Shown: piece after piece, positions 26,761 through 39,110 of the stretch | Layout: every line of letters begins with the position of its first letter | Numbering within the stretch: the stretch's first letter is position 1 | DNA from: Eutreptiella sp. 'Long Island Sound 2002' | Lineage: Eukaryota; Protista; Euglenida | DNA: 64,000 nt | Direction: 5' to 3' | Assembly: GCA_964036045.1 (NCBI GenBank) | Contig: OZ038378.1 | Coordinates: forward strand, 9,238,001-9,302,000 | The notes under the pieces: model-generated | What the model was told of the DNA's origin: nothing | Databases searched by the model: none | What the model saw: the letters and a program-made list of their open reading frames with translations, nothing else | Translations under genes and position numbers: made by a program

Positions 26761-26913
26761 GCCCTTGAGGTATTAAGTCCGAGATGCTTATGTTCCAGCG
26801 TTTGGCCGTTTCATTAGGTCTTTTGAGTGGTTTGGGGTTTTGGGGTTGGTTCTGGTACAGTATCTCAGATACCAGACGCTGTGTGCGCGCTCTGCGGAGA
26901 CGGCCTCAAGGGC
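26761..26913. mobile_element. Putative ~150-bp MITE
   Basis: 10-bp terminal inverted repeat GCCCTTGAGG ... CCTCAAGGGC; no clear TSD. Confidence 0.5.
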
Positions 26914-26975
26914 AAACGGATGGCATAAAGGGAGGGGCAGGATCAGGGTATTACCTCTCAGCCCACCAGGGAGAA

Positions 26976-27065
26976 GGTGCACAAGCCCTGATTTGAACCT
27001 TCGGGTTAGGGTTACCTTCCGCCTTACTGATATCTGCCCAACGCGCTACCACTGGGCTTGACACC
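26976..27065 (-). mobile_element. tRNA-derived SINE-like head or tRNA pseudogene containing telomere-like sequence
   Basis: Minus strand has an A-box-like AAGCCCAGTGGTAGCGCG, a B-box-like GGTTCAAATC, GGTG...CACC ends, and TAACCCTAACCC just before the B box. The cloverleaf is not intact. Confidence 0.6.
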
Positions 27066-27157
27066 GCAGGGTCAGTTCATCGGGACGGAGAGGATAATAG
27101 TGGGGGTAGGCAACGCGAGACGTAGTGGTGGGGTGCCTGTTTCCCGTTCTATCACAG

Positions 27158-30100
27158 ACGATGGACTCCTTCCGCAAGGCTTGCAGGGATCTCCCTCTCA
27201 GACGGTCCACCCATGTATTATCGCAGTCGGCGGATGCCTTCCTGAAACCCTGCGGTGCGCCCCACCGACGGTCCACCAGCGACGTCATCCCATCCATCGT
27301 CGTGGGCCTGCCTGGCTCCGACGGGGACTTCACCAAAAGCATGTGCCAGTGGCTTGGCACCGACGCACACTGCCCGGCCCCTCGGAAACGAGTCCGCTTC
27401 GCCGTGCTCGTGTCGTCCCGGCCCGGCACCGCGGACTCCGCTGCAGAGTCCGCGAGGCCCACCACCCCACGCTCGGTGCCGCTGCCCCCTCCCACCCTCC
27501 CGCACATCGCCCGCCTCCCCATCGTCGCGGGCCGCCCAGAGCACGCCGCCAGTGCCACGATTCCGAACATGGGCACTCCGCGGACCCTCCTCGACGACTT
27601 GCCGGAGCATCCGGACACGCCGTCCGCCGACCGCACGGCGCTCGCGGGGCTCCAGGCGGTGGATTTCTCCCCGCTGCTGCAGCACAAGCGCCGGCAGTGG
27701 CTGTACGGCAGTCGGGAATGGGCCTTCGACCAAATGGACGAGTGGCTCGCGGAGGAGGAGGCCGCCCGCATGTTGTGGCTCGTCGGCCGCGGCGGGACGG
27801 GCAAGACCGTGGCACTGGCCGTGTGGCTGGACCGCGTCGCCGCGCAGCACGGGGCCGTGGCCGTGGCCTGCCACTTCTGCGACACGCCCGCCCACCGCCG
27901 CCCCGCCGCGCTGCTGGCGTCGCTGTCGGCGGCGCTGTGCCGCCACGTGCCGGGCTACGCCGCGCAGCTGGACACCCCGGCCGTGCGGAGCGCCCTGGCC
28001 GCCGGGGCACCGGCCGAGCTCGTCCGGACGCTGTTCGTCGAGCCGCTGCAGCGGGTCGCCCCGCCCTTGCGGGGCCCGCTGCTGCTCTGCATCGATGGCC
28101 TCGACGCCCTCGACGCGCCGGAGCCGCACGCCGCGTGGCTGGGGCTGTTCGCGGCGCTGCCGCCGTGGGTGCGCCTCGTGGTGACGTCCCGCAACGACCC
28201 CGACCTCCGCCGGGCCCTCCAGACGTTCGAGCCGGGCGCGCTGGAGCTGGAGGGCCCGCTCCACCGCGCGGACCTGCGGGCGTACCTGCGGGCGACCGCC
28301 GAGCGGTACGTCCGCGGCGACCTCCCCGCCGCCGCCCTCGAGGCGCTGGTGGAGGAGGAGTTCCCGCCGCTGAAGGGGGCGATGGCCGGGCATTTGCAGG
28401 AGCTCGGCCGTGCGGAGGGCCCCGCCCTCGACGCGCGGCTGCGGTACGCGGCCCAGTGCCCAACGCCGGGGCCCGGGGGGCCGGCAGGCCCCGCCGCCGT
28501 CCGCGCGTTCCCCCGGCAGATCTGCCGGGACGCGGGCGTCAACCCCGACGAAGTGGAGGAGTTCGTCGCGGAGCAGCTCCGGTCGTCGGCGGCGGACGCG
28601 CGCGCGCGGGCGGTGCGGCTGCTGGACCGGAAGGCGGACGGCCTCTTCGTGTACGCGGCGTTGGTGGCCGGGCTGCTTGAAGCGGAAGCGGAGGCCGGGC
28701 GGGTCCTGGACTTTGCGGGCATCGCGCGTCTCCCGCGCGGCGTCCCTGACCTCTACATGACCCACTTCCAGAAGGCCTTTCCGGAGGGTGTCGCAGGTGT
28801 TTGCTCGGGAATCCCCTGTTTGCTGCCACGTACGCCTCGGGGCGCCGCAACGCCGTACATTGGATTGCGGTCAAGAGCGCTGTTCTCTCCGCGTGTTGGG
28901 AAACGCGCCGAGGCCTGTGCACTGACTTGTTGTCCTCAAACCGGGCTAAACACGCCGGGCCTCCAAACCCCAACCGCGAGCAAACTCACGGCCTCCGGTT
29001 GGGGCGCGGATCCCCCTAATTCAGCAACAGTCAGAGTGTTGTTTCTTTTTGGTGCGGTGCTGTTCTCGGTTCACAGTGCTACAGCGGCGGCAGAGCTGGC
29101 TGCCCACTCCTCACCGCTTTTTTTTTTACCCACCCCCTTCACCCCCAGGGCACCCAACCCACCTATTGACGCGTGGAGGATTCCCTCCTCAAAAGGCGAA
29201 CACACACGTACACCCGGAAGTACCAACTGGCATACTCACTCAGCCTCGTGGCACCCTCCCTCCCCCACTGTTGGCACACGCCGGTATGTTGTTCCGCACA
29301 AGTGTTTTTTTGGTACATGACAATGTGGTGAACGAGGCGGTTACGTGGCGGTTTGGCGAGGCGGGCGGGTAGCAGGAATTGACGGGCGTCGAGTCTGGGT
29401 TCGGGCACCGGTCTGTTGCGCTCGTTGACATGGTCCACGCAGACCGGACACACTGCAAGGGCAGGTGGCGGCAATGGGTTCCGCCAGCTTCAGACAGCAA
29501 TACAATCCGGCGTCATGCCAAACGTGTGCACCACACACACCCTTCAGGAGCACCGCAGTTCGTGGTCAACGATGGTAATCGCGGGTCAGCAATCTGCAGG
29601 GACTCGCCCACGCCGTAGTCGCAGTTGCGGCATGCGCAGTGCGTGCCATCTCTTTTTGGGTCAGCACCGCCAACCCTAGTCCGTTTTGAGCTATTTCCCC
29701 GCAACCAATGGCCAAGCCTTTTGGCCTCAGTGTCCCTCTCGGCGTCTGATGGGGCGACTCAACCGGGAGAATGGGGCGCGGCGCACCGTGTGCAAGTGGC
29801 GCACACGATATGCACTTGTCGGGGCAAACAAACGGTTGGGAAAGGCTGCATGGCCATGGGCGCCGAACAGTGGGCGTCGGTCGCCAGATTGTTGCAGACC
29901 GCCGCCGCCGCCCTCTCCGCAATACCCTCAAACGCCACCGAAATCCCTGCGGGCCAGGCAGGTGGAAAATTGGCTTGCACAAGGGGGGCGGGGTCGTTCG
30001 AGCCCGCGGAAGGAGGGGGTCCGGGGGGTCTGGAAAGGGGGCTCTCGTGACAGGCAGTCCAAGAACGCTAGTCAAAACACTAGTGATGACTCACCACCTG

Positions 30101-30692
30101 CGCCGCGAAGCGGTCCGGAAGAAGATTTTTTTCAAAACCAACATTCCCCCCATGACACATACCTCGAAATGATCAGCGCATCTTGGGGATCACTTCGAGC
30201 CACAGATGTTGGGGGTATCTCAGGACCCCCCCCCGAACCTCCCCCGTTGGCCCGTCGGGGGTCTCCATCACGGGAGCCCTGAAGGGAGGGGGAAGGGGTC
30301 TGGAAAAGGGGCTCGAATGACCCCCTGCCAGCGCACGCCAATTTTCCCCCGCCCCCACTGTGAACACAGGGCACCCGGACCATTACCCCTGGCCTCCCCT
30401 GCAACCCCCCCCTCCGGTCCTGCGCAGATGCCCGCTGGACGCAGGCCGCAAGACTTCTGGAGGCTGCCGTGGCGGCGCCGGACGCGCTGCCCGCCGAGCA
30501 CGCCCAGCGGGTCCTGGGCCTGGAGGCGGGCCCCACGCACGTGCTGGCGGAGGCGGTGGGGCTGGAGCTCCTCGACGGGCGCTACCAGTTCGTCAGCCGC
30601 TCCCTCGCGGAGTGGCTGACCGGCCGCAACCCCCAGACCGGGATTCCCACGGCGGGGGCCTTTGCGGTGCAACTGCCGCAGGGGACGCACCG
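27158..30692 (+). CDS. NACHT/STAND-class P-loop NTPase, two exons (27158-28787, 30428-30692); incomplete at both ends
   Basis: GSREWAF pre-P-loop segment, Walker A GRGGTGKT, HFC, Walker B LLLCIDGLD, VVTSR sensor, KADGLFVYA, LPRGVPDLY. Acceptor cacag|ACG; donor GAGG|gtgtcg joins in phase 1 to gcag|AT giving FPEDARWTQ; the second exon ends CACCG|gtgaca. Very high GC3. Confidence 0.87.
29958..30357. mobile_element. Putative ~400-bp MITE in the NACHT intron
   Basis: GGAAAATTGGCTTGCAC...GTCGTTCGAGCCC at the left is an imperfect inverse of GGGCTCGAATGAC...GCACGCCAATTTTCC at the right. Confidence 0.5.
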
Positions 30693-30940
30693 GTGACAGG
30701 CACGCGTCGCCGCGTTCGTCGGGCGATCTGCGGTGTCCAAGGCCAAGGCCCAGCCGCTGTCGGGCATGCGCCTTGCGATGATGTGCGATGTTAACGGGCT
30801 CTTTGCACCGCGACGCTTCAGGGCACGCCTCAAACCCCCGTCGCGTGTGCGCTGCGCCGTCCATCGTTACCCAGCGGCCTGCGCTGCTTGGCCGCCTCAT
30901 GTGTGATGTCCGTTCGTTTGAGCAGCGGAACAATACGAAC

Positions 30941-31683
30941 AATTAACTGCCCACCCTGTTCCTCAGCGGGCGCTAAAGTCTTCACGTGTCCTGCTCGCAC
31001 TTTGGGTGTCTTTAAACGCCGAAAGCTTGCGTCCAGAGCGTGAGAACGTGCAGTCGCCCGTTTGAAACAGACGTGGGCGATGCTATATTTAATGAGCCTG
31101 TTTCCCCAGTTAGACCCGTGGGGGATGCGCCGTCGAACTGTCGCAGTGGTCACTCGTTCTTCGCTGGTAAAGGGTCTTGACGTATAAATGCCTCGGGGGG
31201 GGGAGGCTCGGACACCCCCCCCCTCCCCGCCGACCCAGGCCATCGCAGTGCAGTGCAGCTACACATAGGCCTCTTGTTATGTTCCCGAAGCACCAACCGA
31301 CGCGTTCCACCGAACAGAAAGTACGTGCTGACGGCGGTTGGTAGTGTGTCTGACGGTGGGCGGACGTCGCCAGTTTCTCTCCCTTTTTTCGTTCTATAGA
31401 AGACCGCCGTCAAGTTCTCCGCCCTCCCAACGACGCGGGTCCGCTGCGCCATGCTCGAAGCGTATCGGGGCGTGCGTTGTTTGCCATACTTGCGATATGA
31501 AACAACGAAATAATAAAATTAACTGCCCACCCTGTTCCTCAGCGGGCGCTAAAGTCTTCACGTGTCCTGCTCGCACTTTGGGTGTCTTTAAACGCCGAAA
31601 GCTTGCGTCCAGAGCGTGAGAACGTGCAGTCGCCCGTTTGAAACAGACGTGGGCGATGCTATATTTAATGAGCCTGTTTCCCC
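30941..31683. repeat. Pair of identical 167-bp direct repeats (30941-31107 and 31517-31683)
   Basis: aattaactgccc...gagcctgtttcccc looks identical in both copies, which start 576 bp apart. More diverged partial copies occur at about 31870-31940 and 32840-32905. Confidence 0.9.
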
Positions 31684-34196
31684 GCAGACCCCCGTTCAAG
31701 ACAGACGCAACGAATTCGACCTCTGGTCGACACGGCCCCCGTGTTGCCCTGCATTCACCCATCCTACCAAACCAAGTGTGTGCTGAAGATTTATATCCCT
31801 GAAGGTTCATATCCATGCATCGATAGCTTGGATTTGCCAGCCCTTGTGCCAAACTGGTAGATGTTCCTATCGTGTCCTGAATGCACTTTTGGCGTGACTA
31901 GCTCAAATCGGAAGTTTGCTTTCAAAGCGTGGGAAGTGTTGTTGCCAAGTGAAGCGAAGGTGCAACAGCAACTCCTCTCCACTACGCCCCGTCATACTCC
32001 TTTCCTTGCACTGCTTCCCTGCTGATCCCTGCCTCTGCCACCTGCGAATGCTCGCCCGATTGTGCACATCGCAGGCGCTTGTTGTGGGTTTGGCACAATA
32101 TCATGGCGAGTTTGTCGAGGTTGCCACATGGGGGGATTGCTGAGGAGGCTGCTCGATGGAATTCTGTGTGTCCCTCACAGGCAGCAGTTACAGACATGTA
32201 TAGTTATATATGGATTTTCACACACATTTTATGACCAGGCATGTCGTGTATGAGCACACGCCTGCGTGGTCCGCTTGCGACGTTAGTCCCATTCGTTCAG
32301 AGCTGGCAAAATTTCTGGGCGCAATTTGCACGCAATTTCGTGGTCTCGACGCAGACGTGAATTTTTGCGTCCAAAACGTCAGGAAGTGAATTTGCCCGTC
32401 TGAAGCAATGGTGAGCAGCGTAAGCTCGCATACGAGATGAGTGTGATATCTTATGTTGAAAGTTAAACGGCGCAGCCACCCAGATTAGCAGGGCGGCAAA
32501 AACTCCTTACCACTCCCCACCCCTATGCGCTAAATCGGTGTTGTCACAGTGCTAATCCTTCATATTTCTCTGGTTTGTAGCCATGAGTGATATTGCTATT
32601 CGTGGCATTGCTGCCACTATACCCCGTCCCACGGGGACTATGCCGGTGCCACTGTTATCGATCCCTACCGTTTTGGGGCCTGACACATCGGCTTGAAGTG
32701 CCTGCGGAGGTACATGCAGAATACAGGCATGGGATAGATCACTGATGACAAGAGTGTCAGTAGTTCAAAAACAACGGATGGGCTGGGCGCCGGTGACCCT
32801 CACTGGTCAGTCATGTCCTCAGTTGACAAACCTCTTGATGTGCCCTGAAGGCACTTTCGGTGTTCACAGACACACACCAAAGTTTGCTTTCAAAGCGTCA
32901 GAGAATGTCCTTGTCAATTGAAAGCAGACATGAACAATGTTGAACGCTGGTTTGCCCCTGGTCTACTTCTCCTGCTGCTCTTGCCTTCATCTCTGGCTTA
33001 CTGCCTGCTTCTTGATCATCCTGTATGCCCTTCAGCACATCGCTACCTGGCTTTATTGCAACACAGAATCATGGAGCGCGTGAGATTGGCGCCCGTCTAC
33101 CGCTGCGTCTGCAAAGCGGTTCCACATTACTGCTTGGCACTGCTCTAAACGGCACGTTTGGCAATCTGTAAGATTACGATCTGTCGATGTGTCTGCAAAA
33201 GGCGGCATCCCGGCTTCTCGCCATCTATTCGAATGTCAAACAGCTTAGGGGGGCGCACTGTGCGCTGTGCGAAAAGTAGGCTATTTTGGACCCATTTTCC
33301 CCGATGGCTGAGGTGACACAGTAACTATTGTGTTCCCATACACAGCACTACTCAGATTCTTACTCAGTCCAAAAACTCAGATAAAGAGTTAAGACAAACT
33401 GTATTACCCACTAAAAATGCCAGATTGCTGTCTAGATCTGCTGTTTTTGCCCTGTGGACGTAGCTCCTCCGGTGGTGGGTGGTTTTGAGGGTGGTCACGG
33501 GTAAGCTTACTTACCATTCGGCGCTGTGCGTGCACTGTGCGCGCGCTGTACCCGCGCTGCGCAGAAACGCCCCCTAGGATGCCAATGTGTTGGTTCCACC
33601 TCTTCTCCACCACCACTACTCGGCGCATGTGCCTTGTCTGTGCAGCACTGCGTGGCTCATTCTGAACCAGGCACGCCCTTGGCACACCCTTGGCTTCCCC
33701 GAGGTGCACACTGCAATGTACATTCTTCTGCTTTGTCCATGACTACACACCGTTGACTGTTGCTTTCTGGCAATACCGCTGATGACTCCTCAGTTGCCTG
33801 CTCCTGGAGACAGCAGTCGGTGAGTCGTGGCAGAGCGCACCACGTGGGCTCAACGATATATGGGAGCACAAAGGCAAGCCTGTTGCGACCGACCTGAACT
33901 CGACACATGAAACGAAAACCCTTTTGTTTTCCGTTGACAGAACAGAACAACTTCGTCACTCTATGCCGCTACCCACCGATCAGACCATCGTTTGCTGCTG
34001 CTGGACAACAGCATCATCGTCTGCAGCACCATCCGTGTCAAGCTCTCACAGAATGTACAGTGATTTCCGTGCACTCATGAACAAAAGCTCGTGACTTGGT
34101 GAATTGATGGCCTTATTCGCTGTTGTTTTTGGCTGGGCACATTTGGAACACGACCTCAGCAAATATCTTGTACGCCAACACTCAAGACAAGTGCCC

Positions 34197-34892
34197 CCTC
34201 CCCCCCCCCTTGCGCATGCACGGTCTTGTCTAAGCACGGGCTGGGCGTTGAACCGCTGTTTTGAGGAAATCACCTCGATTTTGGGACCGTTGGTTTTTTT
34301 GGTCCAGAATGGAGGATTGGGTTTGTAGAGCGTTTGTACAGGGAGAGAGGGGCTCAGTCATGTTTGTGATAGTGCATCATGTTCATAACAACATTGTACC
34401 ACACATTGCAACCCCATGCTGTTTGTTCTGATGTGATTTTCAGCCATGGCTAGCAATGTTATTCCCCGCATGGCTGTCACGTACGTTTGGAGCGCTGGAG
34501 AACATGTGTCTGCCAAGGTGTTTGGTCCCTCTTGTCATGGGGACAACTACATCCATTTGAAGTACATGCGGAACACGAAGGAGATTGAGCACAATGCCGC
34601 TTTGATAAAGTGCTCTTCCCCATTCGCAGCCCCTCGCCATCCCCATCTGAGGGCTCCCCCACACGTTTGCTGTCACGTGTGTCATGCGCATGCACAACCT
34701 TGTCTAAGCACGGGTTGGTTTGTGGGCGCGGCTACGCCGCATTTTTGGAACTGATGAACAGTGTTTTCCCGCCGATGGGATACCAGGGGTGACGGCCATC
34801 GTCGGATGATGGCTAAGCACGGGTTGGGCATTGAAGAGCCGTTTTGACCTGACTTTTGGGACCGCGGCCGTGCTTGCGCAAGGGGGGGGGGG
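34197..34892. mobile_element. ~700-bp TIR element with an exon-like internal ORF
   Basis: CCCCCCCTTGCGCATGCACGG at the left and CCGTGCTTGCGCAAGGGGGGG at the right. Three internal CTAAGCACGGG(T/C)TGG motifs. ORF 34446-34754 is preceded by a ttttcag acceptor-like site. Confidence 0.65.
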
Positions 34893-35679
34893 GTACACGA
34901 CAGTGATTTCTCAGGTTGATAAATGTAATTGCCACTTGAAGGTGAGCTATGCTTCACCAAGCAACGGTGAGCCGTGTCCTGCCCGGACCCCAGCCCCCCC
35001 TCTCAGTCTCCCAGCCTCTCTGCGCAGGTTCTCTCACAAATTGCATGCAGACTTGTTGGCACAACGGTCATCGGCGGTTGCAGCGCCGCGTCCTGGCCTA
35101 GCCAAGTTTCTTTATAGTTGCTGCAGTGGCTGCACTTGCACTTGTGCATTGCCTCTCATGTGGCATTATCTGTGTCAGCCTGCATCATCCATTTGCGACT
35201 GCACCAGAGGAACTTCACAGAACGTGGTGACTCTACACAGCATGAAATGTCAACAGCTAGTTCTGCAAATAGTTGTCTTCTGGTTGGGATGTTTGCATGG
35301 TGTGCGTGGCTGGTTGCAGGAAAGGGTCCTAGGAACACGCAGTATTTTTGGCAGCCACACCCACAGCACGGTCAGCCGCAAACGGCTCCGCCTAGCAAGG
35401 ACACCGAAGGTCTCGATGAATTTTGTAGTGCGACCCTTTGACAAACGCTACCCGATTGTTGCCCCATTGAATTCGTGGGCACACATGAGGCAAGTGGTCA
35501 CATGTGTGATGTAGTGTTTGCCCTCTCCCCTTTGCGGGGCCGAGAGCATTCCCCCCGCCCCCCCCTGACCCCCCTCCATGTGATGCCAACAACGTCACTT
35601 GAAGTGGAACGCCTGTCCGTCGCTTGCGGACAGCGAACGTGCAAGATCTACCTTGGGGTGGTGTTGTAGGTGGCCATTT

Positions 35680-36435
35680 CAGACGGCGGTAGATTTATTA
35701 TTTTGGGCCATTTTGGGGCTATTTTCAGAGGGCTGTAGATTTATTATTTTCGGCCATTTTGGCCGTTTTCAAAGGGAGGTAGATTTATTATTTTCAGCCA
35801 TTTTTGGGTGCTTTCGGAGGGCGGTAGATTTATGGTTTTTCGGCAATTTTTGCTGTTTTCAGAGGGCGGTAGATTTATTATTTTTGGCCGTTGTTGGGCG
35901 TTTTGGAGGGCGATGGATTTATTATTTTCACTCATTTTGGCCGCTTTCCGAGGGCAGTATATTTATTAATTTCAGCCATTTTTGGCCGTTTTTCGGGGGG
36001 GGGTAGATTTATTATTTTCGGCCATTTAGGGCTATTTTCGGAGGGCGGTAGATTTATTATTTTCGGGTATTTTTGGCCGTTTTCGGAGGGCGGCAGATTT
36101 AGTGTTTGCACCCATTTGGGCCGCTTGCGGAGGGCGGTACATTAATTTTTGATGCCCATTTAGGCCGCTTGCAGAGGGTGGTAGATTTATTATTTTCGGC
36201 CATTTTTTTCCATTTTCGGAGGGTCATAGATTTATCGCTTTCGGCCATTTTGTCCGTCTTCGGAGGGCCGTAGATTTGTTATTTGCACTCATTGTGGCGT
36301 TTTTAGGAGGGCGGTAGATTAATTTTTTTCGCCGATTTTGGGCGCTTGCGGAGGGCGGTAGATTTATTTTTTTGAGCCGTTTTGGGCGTTGTTCGAAAGC
36401 GATGGATTTATCATTTTCGGCCATTTTGGCCGTTG
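35680..36435. repeat. Minisatellite, ~45-bp unit, about 17 copies
   Basis: Consensus about GGAGGGCGGTAGATTTATTATTTTCGGCCATTTTTGGCCGTTTTC; anchors at 35689, 35735, 35779, 35824 and 35869. Confidence 0.92.
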
Positions 36436-38414
36436 GATTTCTTTGATAATGATGTTATAGCACCAAATGCGGCAATACAAAAGAATGTAAGAAAGGAATA
36501 CCAACGATATGGTGGCATTCAAATTAATGAACCGTCAAATTTCAGAAAATTTTAATTCGTTTCGTGTGCAATGACTTTTCACCTGCCTTCTAATATAAGA
36601 CCAACACCGTCTTGGACCTGAGAACACTCGACTATTTACGCCAACAAAAGCTGACAAAGCAAGCAAAATGACAGTGAAACAAAGTCCGCACGCTTGGACA
36701 AGCGCTTGCTTGTGCAAGGCAGGGCAGGACCTTTACATGAGACCATCTGAATAAAAGTGCAATCATCGATTTTACTTATTATACGCTAATTTTATGTTTC
36801 TGTGGCGTCGTCGTCACACACATGATTCGGCACAAGCAAGCAAAGGATGCTCAACACATTCTCTGGGGCGAACACACACAAAACCGCCACTGGCCAGGAT
36901 TTGGGTGCCTTACGATATGTCTTTTACCCCTCCGCCATGCGGCAGTATGCATGTGGTATCATAGCTAGAATCTTTTCTAGGTCTATCATGCCTTGCCCTT
37001 TGGCGTACAAAGCACCACCACAACTTGAGCCGGAAAATTCCGCCTTGAGACTAAGCCCTACACGCCCGAGCAGTGGCAACATCGGCGCACAATATAGTCA
37101 ACGACGATCGAAGGCTACTGCGGCGGATGTGGAAAAGTGACAAACTCTATGGGATGGGGGCAACAACAGTGTATGTTGACAAAACACCGGTCGCAACCGA
37201 TCCCCGTCATACCATACTCACACAGTTGAAGCATCCCCATTGTACTTTGCGCATAAAGCCTTTTGCCTTGCCACCGTAGCAACAGAAACTATAGCAGCAC
37301 AGAATATTGCCCTGTGGTCACTACACCCATGCGCCTATGGAATGCACGGGTCCGTGAAGGGGTTGGGGGATCCTAGGTACCCCCACATATTATGGCTCAA
37401 GTGATTCCCACGATCCAGCATTTTTCACCATATCGTATGGGAAATCATTCACAATGCTTCAAGCAAGCTGTCAACTCGAGCAATAGCCTTCTATGGTGAT
37501 GTATGTAAAAGAACAAACAGGTTCCCCCGGCAGCAGAGAGTTCGATAAAGCCGACCTCTCGTGTCCACCCTTACCACCACTTCTTTTGGTACAAGCTAGT
37601 CCTTCAAAAACGATTCTTCCGCCGGATGCACGCTCGAAATCACTGTGTACAACTATGAAAAAAATTTTTGTTTCTAGTGTTTGTTTGCACCATTTCGCTG
37701 ACATTCACACTTCCTCAGGTGTATGAAAATCTTGTCACGCTAAAGTTTGATATTCAACATGGCTAGGGTAAAATTTTTTTTACATTATACGTCTTTTCTT
37801 CAAAATGAACTTCCTTGTTAAAAGTGAAAAATAAGATTTAGCTGAATGTAGTGTCTATTCCCAGTTGACGGTGTACTCCACTCTTTTTGGAGAAGAAATC
37901 AAAGCAGAAAAGACCTCTGCCCTTATCGTTGCGGTTGTGGTGAGCTTCATGCCCGTGTTTCTCTTCCCGCTTCAGTGTCGTGAAAAATACTTGTCGAAAC
38001 ATTTATCTTTTTGTGTGTTTAAAATCAACAATGATTGGGGCATCTTTGAAAATGTTTCTCAAATAGCAGAACCTTCATGAAAGACATGTTGAGCCACTTT
38101 TTGAATGTATTCAACCCAACTTCGCTCTGGATGAAGATACAAATAGCTGCATCACGCACAAAAGGCATACAACCAAAATGAATTCCGACCAATGCGTAAC
38201 CACAAAAACATGTTGAGACCATCCATGCATTACAGAACACACCCTAATACATACCGTAATTTTTAAAACAATGCCTCATTCTGTTGTGACTTCACGGCTG
38301 CAACTCTTGAATGGATCTACAGAAATGGGTTGCATCTACCGATTGTGCGGCGTGCAATCAAATTCTATTGTCTTCGGCAGAGCACCTTCGAAGAGAGGCT
38401 AACAGTCAGCCAAT

Positions 38415-39110
38415 GGGGGAATCTTTGCACTGCGCGCTACTTTTAGACTATGTTCCCCCGGAAGAGCCCCCAAGCACACCCCTTGGAAACGCCCTTAGAA
38501 TTAGGTGACCCAAACTGCCCCAGCTCAAGAAAGTTGCAAACCACCTTCCCTGAACATAACACACATCATGCACATCTGGAAAGGCCATGAACAGCGCATT
38601 GGTCGCCACCCTCAAGAACACACAACTGTCTTTGTGTTCCATTGTCAACTAAGTACCCATTGAGAATACGCAACTTGTGTGCACAACATGACACAGTTGC
38701 AGAATCAAAGAAATGTCACACTGTCACATGTGTGCGTGTCAATGCAATCCGTACAATATTGCAATTCACACTTGTCACACATGGACATCTTTTCAGAGTC
38801 AAACTTGGTGCAACAAAGGGCACAAACATCCCCATCATCACCCACAACATCCTCATCATCATTGTTCTCCTGTGTAGGTGCGGTCCATACATGTGCAGGT
38901 ACGTGTTCCCATGGACCATATGGAGGGTACCGTACCTGTCTTCGAATCAAAAATTGCTGCAAATGCAAGAGTACACGCACGTACTCATGCAACTTCGTAC
39001 CGGATCCCCTCCATATGTTCCTTACGATGCCCCAGTGCCAGTATGGGTCTCTAGTACGGCCAGACGCCCAAATAGTTGCACTGCGCGCGCACTGCGCTTA
39101 AGGCTCCCCC
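38415..39110. mobile_element. GGGGG...CCCCC family, copy 2; interior encodes a Cys-rich zinc-ribbon fragment
   Basis: Same ends as copy 1; exact TSD AAT/AAT. Minus-strand ORF 38705-38992 contains CALC-x11-CDKC-x4-CTDC-x3-HTC. Confidence 0.88.

Noticed and set aside
26976-27065. Functional tRNA gene or true telomere
   Set aside because: Acceptor and T stems are imperfect, no clean anticodon arm, and only about two TTAGGG units.
27058-28765. Long overlapping ORFs on both strands (540, 515, 377, 309, 255 aa)
   Set aside because: Shadow frames of the very GC-rich NACHT exon; Arg/Pro/Gly/Ala-biased with no motifs.
35680-36435. Regular repeats resembling a CRISPR array
   Set aside because: Contiguous degenerate ~45-bp units with no unique spacers, no cas genes, and a eukaryotic context.
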